DNA of 46,587 nucleotides. It comes from a virus (lineage: Duplodnaviria > Caudoviricetes). The notes beneath the pieces are model-generated. The model saw only the letters and a program-made list of their open reading frames with translations. It ran no database searches and had not been told where the DNA came from. The position numbers were made by a program, and so were the translations under genes. Where the stretch lies: positions 1 through 46,587 of the IMG/VR virus record IMGVR_UViG_3300049009_000606; one strand, given 5' to 3'. Of this stretch, positions 28,401 to 34,202 are shown in pieces. The first letter of the stretch is position 1; each line of letters begins with the position of its first letter.

Positions 28401-30199
28401 GATGCAGCTTGTCCAGCCGGACCCTTTGGGGTCCCGTCGTCCCAATGAGTTTTCTGGTATTGAGCTTCCCATGCGTCATCTGCATCGACCCACTTCTTTG
28501 ACGCCTCAGGATCCATGCCTTGCGTCCACTTGGGACGAGGAGGAGCATACCCTTCTGGAATGGTCCCCTCAGGGGCAACAGGCTTCTTGGGGCTACCGTC
28601 TACGTTATGAGTCTTGCCATGTTTAGCAGTCCACATTGCCCGACTTTCTTCGTATGCCTTCATGGCATCAAATCGTTCCTTTTCGGTTCCTGCAATCCGG
28701 CGCTCAACTGGCATTGGCTCTACGTGACCAGGTGGGATATTTGCCGCAGGCGCGTTAGGTTTATCTTTAATTTCTACATTAATTGCTACGGTGTTTTCAT
28801 CACGATTTAGTGGCTTTCCAGTATTGTCGTGTGTGTTTCCGTATTGAGCGTCCCAATCAGTAATAGCCTTAAACTCTTCAGCGGTAAGTTCACTAAACTT
28901 TGTTTTTCCCTCTGGGAACGGGCGAGGAGGCACGTTGCCTTGCGCCACAGGCTCAAGACCTGAAGTGTCCAGCGGTTCATTTGCGGCACGAACATCCTTG
29001 GTACTCTGAGTCGCGTCTTCTGGTCGCGCCTTGGGAGAGAGCTTGGCTCCAACTACTTTACCTGGGTATTCAAAAGCCTTACCCATTAAAGTTGGCTTAT
29101 GCATCAAGAATGCGCCGGCGGCGGCATCCTTCTTCATCTCAGCTGGATCAAATACGTGGGCTAAATTGAACGGCTTGTCGCTCGAAATTTCATTTACCAG
29201 GCGGTGCTGACCGGCCAACGCTGTGTTGATAGCCGCGCCCTTGCCTGCAGCAGCTAAGGCGGCAGCGTCTCCAGTTGCCATACCATACAGCGTTCTTGCA
29301 CTAGGACGAAGCGCGGCAAGCGCAACGGCATGCTGGGTAACGGCATTCTGCGTTGGGTATAAAAGTTGATTCAGTTCGTCGGTTTCATCTAGCGGGAACG
29401 CGGCGTTAACGCCCAATTCCGTAGCAGCACCGGCTCCCATAGCAGCAAGGCCACCGCCAACTACAAGACCAACTGGAGCCAAATATGGGTGAACCCTGCC
29501 AGCCCACGCGGCAGCAGGAATGCCTGCCGCGTTGAAAGCGGCGAAGCTGGTGGCAGTAGCCGGCAAGGTACGTAAGGCTGTGTTTCGAATCGATCGAAGG
29601 GCACCCTGACCTTCGGTGTAAGCCTGGACTTGAGACGGATCCAGCTCTACCTTGGCAAAGACATCTTCTGTGACAATACGATTTGCTGGCGGAGGAATCA
29701 CACCGTCGTTCCACAAAGACGGAGTTGCCATTTCATCAAAAATGCCAGGCTTCTCCACAACTCTTTTTCCAATTGGCTTAGACTTATCTTCAATTTCAGT
29801 AACAAACTTATTGGTAACCGGATTGTAGGTAGCCATCATCTTCTTGCCGTTGAAGACAATACCAATAGGTTCACCTGGCTTTAGCTTCTGGTGGAAGGTG
29901 CCGTCATTCTGATTCCAGATAGTCTTCGGAACGGCTGGCTGCGTTGGAGCAACTCCAGTTGGGGCTGGGTACGACTGTGAAGACGATCCAGCCGCTGGCG
30001 CGAACACGCTCGACACGGGCTCGGCTTGCGGCTGTGCGACGGCAACGGGCTGCACGGGCGGCGCATCTACGGGCTCAAGCCCGGAGACATCCAGGGGCTC
30101 CAGCGCGCTTACATCAAGCGGCTTGCTCTTGTCGTCGATCGGCTCTAGGCCGGTGACGTCGAGAGGAACTAGTTTCGAGGTATCAAGCTGGTCGGTCAT
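19436..30199 (-). CDS. giant (3587 aa) internal virion/ejection protein, polyvalent-protein type
   Basis: Sits at the end of the ejection cluster. Contains a GNAT-like domain (EGRGKGSA...LIEWYKKNGF), a zincin (GHEVGH...EWFAE) and a gp16-like helical C-terminus with FFQFSTF. Confidence 0.8.
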   Translation of the reverse strand: MTDQLDTSKLVPLDVTGLEPIDDKSKPLDVSALEPLDVSGLEPVDAPPVQPVAVAQPQAEPVSSVFAPAAGSSSQSYPAPTGVAPTQPAVPKTIWNQNDGTFHQKLKPGEPIGIVFNGKKMMATYNPVTNKFVTEIEDKSKPIGKRVVEKPGIFDEMATPSLWNDGVIPPPANRIVTEDVFAKVELDPSQVQAYTEGQGALRSIRNTALRTLPATATSFAAFNAAGIPAAAWAGRVHPYLAPVGLVVGGGLAAMGAGAATELGVNAAFPLDETDELNQLLYPTQNAVTQHAVALAALRPSARTLYGMATGDAAALAAAGKGAAINTALAGQHRLVNEISSDKPFNLAHVFDPAEMKKDAAAGAFLMHKPTLMGKAFEYPGKVVGAKLSPKARPEDATQSTKDVRAANEPLDTSGLEPVAQGNVPPRPFPEGKTKFSELTAEEFKAITDWDAQYGNTHDNTGKPLNRDENTVAINVEIKDKPNAPAANIPPGHVEPMPVERRIAGTEKERFDAMKAYEESRAMWTAKHGKTHNVDGSPKKPVAPEGTIPEGYAPPRPKWTQGMDPEASKKWVDADDAWEAQYQKTHWDDGTPKGPAGQAASERNAAQREEIPTPPPMQSSTPEGTIPSRPILENGPGADLSPEAIAAHQKLLKEWDDKYSATHWSSGIPKAELPKPTNGTDAPVQQDTPGEPRVLSSEERSARTADHNRKLKEIKDRPIPITKEEAIQFAEEDYDAWVSGKAQKLREQAKKENTPDPKEAIKLINEAELIEAARQRLKNLQEAANEDPELMGPIADAAFDHIAKLQQQAREQGERPPAPTGTPRSVEMLDAEAAASKPPSEPVIPEAQESSPEVQLAHLREQRDRLAATQPEPGTTQEAQLKKLNEAVANLEKKVEEDRDFDPAGEQADPRENPKDVAEREAAWREESPADTTEPSKEQVDYETQKNVVSGLEKQLARLDKQKPNKYTDKQKEKVQATLDMERAKLDAMPVPEKQEKKKKDKTNKGSNESQGMDYRAMGGFPEGAEGISKEAQGWDVIGVSYPADGSQPVYKLGKTGEKKPKYLWFEEVFTDRKWENTKGKDDAEKKAKKDKKKNDSRRQSIEDEIEQINEEAASLVEVDPEESERLSNRAAELQDKLDAMDAAEQPQEQQATKPDKSGKEAPVNEPEGFETEIGGIKFRSENIKMLDSEEEATRYTFVKKTSPGKGALIGIDIGTNHITGDLSVRLISDTGRRHSDGTVLELHQSADIVIPEGIKTVDKLFEYLKKGTLTEFGPDWNNKNKPGKDAKAIKKLLDSVSGEGEAGQGAKPKPKVTPPDAGQGLDTKDAPFDYDKVLKTFNIVSDIGEYKPMGGTKAKAEGRIENVIKQLEKIFPDIREASLSEDNLKRMPMPYDTTTREEALAEPDIRAKTILRYLSRKMEPYRDKANAKDQPAGATTQDWVEDPKVKEIELDSSREARLNIRTDYTEAERKKSIEDAIKAEEEHLGRAISADNERRGRKPSAGETPTAEHVRERIKAIKGGMDIWKNDANVRELVAKMVELEKLVVINKNTYGRSKKHENPMARELEIEIYHLSKKLLEKYKYMDVWGSLSAEPTDLSHSLSSFVQAMNEKVGYKLGGTTVKKADYEKWLAGRKDVVEQPESPKTEPAREAVEKDIEEKINDKINEFADEVKKHRKAAAEAKTEQERKNALLRAHVSEGLLKDYSLALEDTKLLKKAGFSLDGDGDVRGNRNKTWIDKSGKFAISHMAGVTRKDSNGYFKILSVENGEVMPFKEIKQFTNSQNDPHSGLRMAISHIESIRGKSQPAGEPAKPPVQEAAQEPAEKKYPIEKLEDALAEKDLKILRRNNTDDFVAEGGVEDNGRQRPTLVVGDTKITLASEGMELVNGKVQIMDGQEKDAAGNVIYNIERIVTAPEGRGKGSASKALAELTEAADKAGLTLQLEPTPFRSIIGKGESLNKQQLIEWYKKNGFEQKTEGSDAILIRKPKTGQATVGRTEPASGTQYGDEVGRKKVKELEKLNDRIDEIDLFEAPEPGGSRGEPEGLTEARRAELMKEVADLREKRAVLEKDISENHKDLWGKKNADVLEHVRRSIKEHNDKFEPTMEWVQSHPAFESLSTAITGRKYNPKNKAQLSLRDGLEFDYSRDAEYNSTPYEYFEPGTSIREIAETLRDKVRIDPYSNPNNGLTGGSMLRQRIAEVRKEMKSGAEGTTLDMRRDPEEDQSGWAKERMDKLFKEWRERHPDASELDFWKEARKRTADQNGGGWFDDIAWRQGVEVNNWPKHKALRDLINQKLDENTRDIGLQKTWTHEDGTKIITDGNRFFAYDKDGNSIGPRDGETSFKSIVHRVVQHGEDIQFREGSGYRAKQKQNEYDRRIDKVRDEITEARRDGNEVLTQLKLKELESLLTESKRWFEGAWEQKEARDQSRIDRKSSYENEKKWTLDETLDSRRDPNNDANDAFDMEERKARELDRRVKQNAENREAGKEEDGGRRGFIGIMDRAVSEARMRGEITDKEVEGLSRIINYIGGQFFDGVKMSIRQGRPGHQGQYDVANRIVTIFKEAIQRGRFEDTAGHEVGHHLEQFLPEGDRAALRAEWLAARKKFTDKWSVFGRLVEGSDNWAKVKISKEAYAEAAADFPTLDRFVSPARNKKGEITHYEVRPTDEMYRLFTPREWFAETFKEAAREKLNNDPAYTGEQPGWKQKIAGVWNSIKTAFAQVFGKEQAKRILANFAKGRYKPEDADPSVYSEPKMSSKKDVEEATRLTPEERDAIDQAREVDRNLARGEKPELTAGGKVWRSVVDHPVVAWFKPLSMRMRTIADLNPQSEALQKVVNDFSLIPGKEAEAPDYNTDSANMRNVFFNKLTKAFGPVLEDMRKMGPAELKEFNSLFIKCVEGRAPRQVGGRVGEAIKEVGVVLAEMQKYGIDAGLKLGKVEGFFPRSVDANAVDADKAGFVRAATKAYEVQFERLKQEAKDEAAKNGTEYVEAETPDFDLMARKWRDAILLGREGLDFEHGIFEEPRQGTKESFQKKREFTKDEALLFDAYRDKDVERTVINYVGGLVRKAEVSRRIGVDNGAWGKIKSEMDKQGVDPKDIAEIEQLIKSNIGIGGKRMGEETQQALDFTKLISNAAYLKLTGLLNITEAASIGVRTESASDSVKAVWQMFRRTGNIVGRLTPEQTTNARNEIERIYGKGHDLASALAIEFGINTIDRGFGTIASGYHLDGGSDYQGKLNKASDGVYRMYGIHATEAAKREISLRIGADFIDTNIKWLEGTHNLQRIARAMGKEAKADNLAKDRLKELGLKDEDLAEFSAWVKEMRKGNETQQLQAIMSGDPMAAKYRQALIIFNKQSSVQASRSSRTESANDTALGRMFFQFSTFTNEWSAQHGRRMQEQSRKIVGDNKYNATERMLMAGVGPAFAVATAATYGIRTIINMLTGFEFKDGDKVPAWVKSMADAFVYTGMLGPAEILWKAISRGQLPAGVVGDWAKKAWTAGAAMIENPDSNAAQRAVASVGYRSAFVPAANAGLALATEMAPMPVKVVAGLAAQAVANNRTEKAVADLFAGEKQERGSSQTPEPTSPPKPRPPSR

Positions 30200-30210
30200 T
30201 GGTCATCGGA

Positions 30211-31554
30211 CTATCGCTTTTTCATGCGTTGTCCGTTGACGTAAATGATTGCACCAGAAGGCGCTTTGTCAATGTCTGCTTGAGTCGTAGCAATGATATC
30301 ACCAGGTTCAGGTTTGACCTGTTTTGCCGGCGCCTGGGTAGCGGGAGCTGCTGCCTCCTTTTTCACTTCTTTCTTTTGGCCGGAAGCAGGCGCGGTGGTT
30401 TCGGCAGTCTTTATCGCTGGAACTTTAGCGGGGCCGGAAGGATCAGACCCAGCTGCTACGACGTCTGCGGTGCTTTCTGCAGGAATCTTAAATCCGTTGA
30501 TCTTCAACTTACCATCTGGGTCCTTAAAGATAATGCCTTTCTTGCCCTGGGTGGTGTCAGATGGGCTTCCGGTAATGCCGTGATAGGCATTAGACTTTGC
30601 CATTGCTTCGGTAACGCCAAGGCCCTCGTTTTTGATATAATAAATAGCACGATTTCGTAGGCGCACCTTTTGGTCATTATCTAGCAATGCCCACGTCTTC
30701 TTGTCTCCTAATTGAGCAAAGTCATTCGTATATAGCTCATCAAGCTTCCCGATCAAGACGGCCTCATTATTGGCCCCCTTAACTACATCAACGGGCTTTG
30801 TCGTAGCGGCCTTTGTCGCGATAGCCTGCCGGCGGGCTTCGTTCAGCGAACGGCGGTCGGCTCCGTTAGCCACCATTTCTTCAATCTTTGCATCAGTAAG
30901 TGACACCAATGCATCGATTTGTGCAGCCGTCTTGTCCTTGAGCATATCGCCCTGGACGCCTTTGTACTCAATGTTTGCGTCACCGGTTGCTTTGATAGTT
31001 TCTGCGGCAACCTTGTTTTTATCAATAATAGACTGACCAACACCAGTAACTGGACCAAGTATTGGAGTACCATCCTTATTCCAGCTTAGAAGATTTCCAT
31101 CAATATTTTTACCGCCGCCAGCCAGGAACGCGCCGGCCAAGCCTTTGTCGGTCTTGCCATCTGCGCCCGTGACGTAGTCCTTAATCGTAATAGCTTTCTG
31201 AATCTCAGGAAGAGCAGAAGCCTGCCCCGTAAGCACCGAACTGGCTACCAGATCGCCACGTCCCAGAGCTTCGCGTCCACGATTAAGGTTAATGCCCTTG
31301 AAAATAGATGCTACAGAGTTGTCTCTCGCAGCGCGCATGGCGGCAATTTCCAAAGGGGAATAGCCGGCCCTTGCCAGAGCTGCCTCCGTCAGGGCATCAT
31401 TCTGATCTTCAGCCCCAGCAGCCTTTGCGTTGTTTAGCCGCGTTTGAGCCAATAGGCTCGCACCCTGGGCAGCAGCTTTAGGATTAAACATACCAGCAAT
31501 ATTGCTAGTTGCCTGCGCCCAATATGGATCGCCCTGTACAGATTCTTTTCCCAT
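30211..31554 (-). CDS. internal virion (ejection) protein, gp15-position
   Basis: 447 aa, Ala-rich and helical, TAATG-coupled, lying between the Met-Cys genes and the giant protein. Confidence 0.6.
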   Translation of the reverse strand: MGKESVQGDPYWAQATSNIAGMFNPKAAAQGASLLAQTRLNNAKAAGAEDQNDALTEAALARAGYSPLEIAAMRAARDNSVASIFKGINLNRGREALGRGDLVASSVLTGQASALPEIQKAITIKDYVTGADGKTDKGLAGAFLAGGGKNIDGNLLSWNKDGTPILGPVTGVGQSIIDKNKVAAETIKATGDANIEYKGVQGDMLKDKTAAQIDALVSLTDAKIEEMVANGADRRSLNEARRQAIATKAATTKPVDVVKGANNEAVLIGKLDELYTNDFAQLGDKKTWALLDNDQKVRLRNRAIYYIKNEGLGVTEAMAKSNAYHGITGSPSDTTQGKKGIIFKDPDGKLKINGFKIPAESTADVVAAGSDPSGPAKVPAIKTAETTAPASGQKKEVKKEAAAPATQAPAKQVKPEPGDIIATTQADIDKAPSGAIIYVNGQRMKKR

Positions 31555-32414
31555 TAGAGTTTAAACGGAGTAATTGGTCCCCCAGATAGATTAAAGACTG
31601 AAGGAGTTGGGTTAATAAGATGACGATATTTAATATCAAATAAACGCTGTGACAGACTTGGTACAGATGCACCAGGAAGCTGTAGCAAGCTAGGCGGCGC
31701 ACCTGAAAGATTTAAAATTTTACCAGGTTCCGCTGCAATGGGAGCAGTAATTTTACCAGCCTCCCCCATCAGGGATGTACCAAGTTCTGGAGCTGCTTTA
31801 TCCCACCATCCAGCACCAGCACCCATGCCAACAATAGTACCAGCCGTAGACAACAAGTTACCAAACGTCTTAAGACCTTGTCCCTGATTAGACGCTGCTT
31901 CCAGTTCAATCGGAAGTACGTTTGAGGATCCGCGCATGAAGTTACCCGTAGTGTTAAGTTTCTGTCCTGCCTTAATGTTGTTAATGGCGTTCTGGAACGT
32001 GACGTCGTTAAACGATAAAAGGTTTGATTTTGCACGACCTTGCTGGGTCGCGTAGCCTAGGTTCTTATTTGCTGCTACGTCGCCTTCCGATGCCATTACG
32101 GCATTGACGGTTTGGTCGCCGGCTAGGTTTGCGCCAGTAGCTTCAATGGGGGCACGGACATCGGCAACAGCTGCATCAGATGCGGCTGCTCGTTCGGCGG
32201 CAGCATCTGCCATTCCCTTGTCTGTGGCGTCTTTCCCAGACTTATTGAGGGAGTCCTCGACGACGGCATTAGCTTCATCTTGGAATCCCTTTTGGCGAAT
32301 GCTTTCAGCCGTTCGTGCGCCAGCCATAGCTTTGGCCGCGCGGCGCGCTCCCGCCGCCTGAGCGGCAGATCCTGCCGCAGTAAGGGCGAGAGCGACTATG
32401 GCAGGGGGGCACAT
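31554..32414 (-). CDS. internal virion (ejection) protein, T7 gp14-like; Met-Cys start
   Basis: MCPPAIVALALTAAGSAAQAAG N-terminus, A/Q/N-rich helix and a Gly-rich hydrophobic segment. Confidence 0.7.
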   Translation of the reverse strand: MCPPAIVALALTAAGSAAQAAGARRAAKAMAGARTAESIRQKGFQDEANAVVEDSLNKSGKDATDKGMADAAAERAAASDAAVADVRAPIEATGANLAGDQTVNAVMASEGDVAANKNLGYATQQGRAKSNLLSFNDVTFQNAINNIKAGQKLNTTGNFMRGSSNVLPIELEAASNQGQGLKTFGNLLSTAGTIVGMGAGAGWWDKAAPELGTSLMGEAGKITAPIAAEPGKILNLSGAPPSLLQLPGASVPSLSQRLFDIKYRHLINPTPSVFNLSGGPITPFKL

Positions 32415-32806
32415 TAGATTCCAGGGACAGATCCAGGCGGAATGCCTAACAGTTCACCAACGGTAGGAGAACGCATTGGTTGCATTGGTTGCTGCGTTGG
32501 CATCGGAATGGCGGGAATTACTTGTCGAGGAGGCATTTGTTGAATATTGCTTTCCATCATGTGCTGCACTCGCGGTCCATTGGGAGGGAAGAGGCCAGCG
32601 ACACCCTGAATAGCGTTGGCCCATCCGGGGGAGATTGGATCGCGTAGTTCTGTAATACTTGGCTGATAAGAATCAGAGGCAGGGCCCATGTTTTGACCAG
32701 GCACAGCAGCAGGACCTCCAGATGCCATCACCGGTCCGGCTTGCGGGTTGATCTGTTGCGCCGCCTTTGCGGCAGCTGCCGCTTCAATAAGTTGAGGAGT
32801 ACACAT
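32414..32806 (-). CDS. Pro/Gln-rich virion-associated protein; Met-Cys start
   Basis: ATG at 32806 (MCTPQLIE), 4 nt after the previous stop. 130 aa, low complexity. Confidence 0.6.
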   Translation of the reverse strand: MCTPQLIEAAAAAKAAQQINPQAGPVMASGGPAAVPGQNMGPASDSYQPSITELRDPISPGWANAIQGVAGLFPPNGPRVQHMMESNIQQMPPRQVIPAIPMPTQQPMQPMRSPTVGELLGIPPGSVPGI

Positions 32807-32810
32807 AAAA

Positions 32811-33431
32811 TTAAGTTCCAGAACCGACGACGCGGTTTTTAGAAGGCTTGATTCCAACAACACTCTTGAATGGATCAAGGCCAGGTCCGCCGGAGTAATA
32901 TCCAGACTGCTGGGCGGCACCCAGCATACCGGTGGTGTTGGCAAACAGGTTAGCCACAGGGTTGAAAGCCTGCTGCTGTTCCATGATGCCGGCGGAACGG
33001 AGTGCGTTCTGTGCGGCCATCTCAGGATCAGCAGTCATATTGACCTGTGAGATAAGAGAATTGCGCTGGTCTTCCACGGCCTGCCTAGCCTTTGTGGCTT
33101 CCGTGGTAGCACCTTCTGCCAGGGTCTGGCGGGCGAGGGCGTTGTCGCGCATCAGTACGCCGCCCTGTCGGGCTTTTTCGCTGGACTGGTCAAGGCCGGT
33201 GCGGGCGAGGCTGAATGCCAACTGGTCGCTTACCTGCTTGTACTGGTCGTTAACCTGGGGGGTGGCGAAGTTCGTGTAAGCCTGTCCGCGACCCTTGAAG
33301 AATCCGTCATCAAATTTGTCGAACTTCTGGTTGATGTTTCCGACACCCTTCTTGATGCGGTCCTGGCGCGCCTGCTCGTCTGCTCGCGCCTGGGCAGCAC
33401 CTCCGTCTCCTCCTCCTCCTCCGAAACACAT
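32811..33431 (-). CDS. virion/ejection protein; Met-Cys start
   Basis: ATG at 33431 (MCFGGGGGDGG), 206 aa, helical and Q/A-rich. Confidence 0.7.
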   Translation of the reverse strand: MCFGGGGGDGGAAQARADEQARQDRIKKGVGNINQKFDKFDDGFFKGRGQAYTNFATPQVNDQYKQVSDQLAFSLARTGLDQSSEKARQGGVLMRDNALARQTLAEGATTEATKARQAVEDQRNSLISQVNMTADPEMAAQNALRSAGIMEQQQAFNPVANLFANTTGMLGAAQQSGYYSGGPGLDPFKSVVGIKPSKNRVVGSGT

Positions 33432-33432
33432 G

Positions 33433-33714
33433 TTAGTAACTAACCCTCCCAAATGAATTTACAGGTGCGGACTGGTTATACTGTGAATACTGCATGTTAT
33501 TGTTAGGATTGAATGCCATAGCAACGGAACTTCCTGGAGGCTTCCCGGTATAGGCAGATTCAAAAGTAGGAGCCAGAATCTTCGGATGAGAGTCGTTATA
33601 GTCGATTTGACGTTGGGTTCGCGTGTGCGGGTCGTCTTTAAAAGGAATGAATCCAGGATTCAATGCCTTGCCGGCAAGAATCCCAAGATTCGATCCTAGG
33701 TGTGGACTGCACAT
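33433..33714 (-). CDS. small virion-associated protein; Met-Cys start
   Basis: ATG at 33714 (MCSPHLG), 93 aa, ending 1 nt before the next start. Confidence 0.55.
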   Translation of the reverse strand: MCSPHLGSNLGILAGKALNPGFIPFKDDPHTRTQRQIDYNDSHPKILAPTFESAYTGKPPGSSVAMAFNPNNNMQYSQYNQSAPVNSFGRVSY

Positions 33715-34202
33715 ACTTGAGTAGATTGTGTACTGGAGGACGGTTTTGTCCAGCAATACAGATAGAACGATTCCCCGGCCTTGCCGTAGTTAGATACTTC
33801 GCACTCTTTGGTCGCGCCGAGCAGCTCAAGCCACCTGTGGGCGACGTCGTGCGTGGCTAGGCTTCGACACTCCAACCGATGCCAACCAGTTTCATCTAAA
33901 TGGGGGAAAAATACCTTTTTGGCGAACCGATGGGTGGATAGGGATATCTCGTCGAACCTGTCGGTTGCAAACATCCAAATCGACCAAACGCCGTTCCACA
34001 TGGGCATGGCGCCACAGCACACGACTGGTTCTCCATCGTCCGTGTGGAGGATGAATCCTCCCCCTCCGACTCGTAGGATGCTGTTGCCGAATTCCCACGG
34101 ATCATCCGACCATTGGGTAGCGTACACTTCCGCCTGGTCCTTCGCCCTCATTTTATGGACGACGTGCTGCACCCCTTCGGGATACAGTTCAGTCACTTTC
34201 AT
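33696..34202 (-). CDS. T7 gp13-like GNAT-fold protein
   Basis: Follows the nozzle gene. MRAKDQAEV, G..W.IWMFAT and H..AHRWLELLGA match gp13/acetyltransferase-like proteins. Confidence 0.7.
   Translation of the reverse strand: MKVTELYPEGVQHVVHKMRAKDQAEVYATQWSDDPWEFGNSILRVGGGGFILHTDDGEPVVCCGAMPMWNGVWSIWMFATDRFDEISLSTHRFAKKVFFPHLDETGWHRLECRSLATHDVAHRWLELLGATKECEVSNYGKAGESFYLYCWTKPSSSTQSTQVCAVHT

Noticed and set aside
33400-33425. GGA-repeat microsatellite or strong Shine-Dalgarno site
   Set aside because: It encodes the poly-Gly run of MCFGGGGGDGG and lies downstream of the start.
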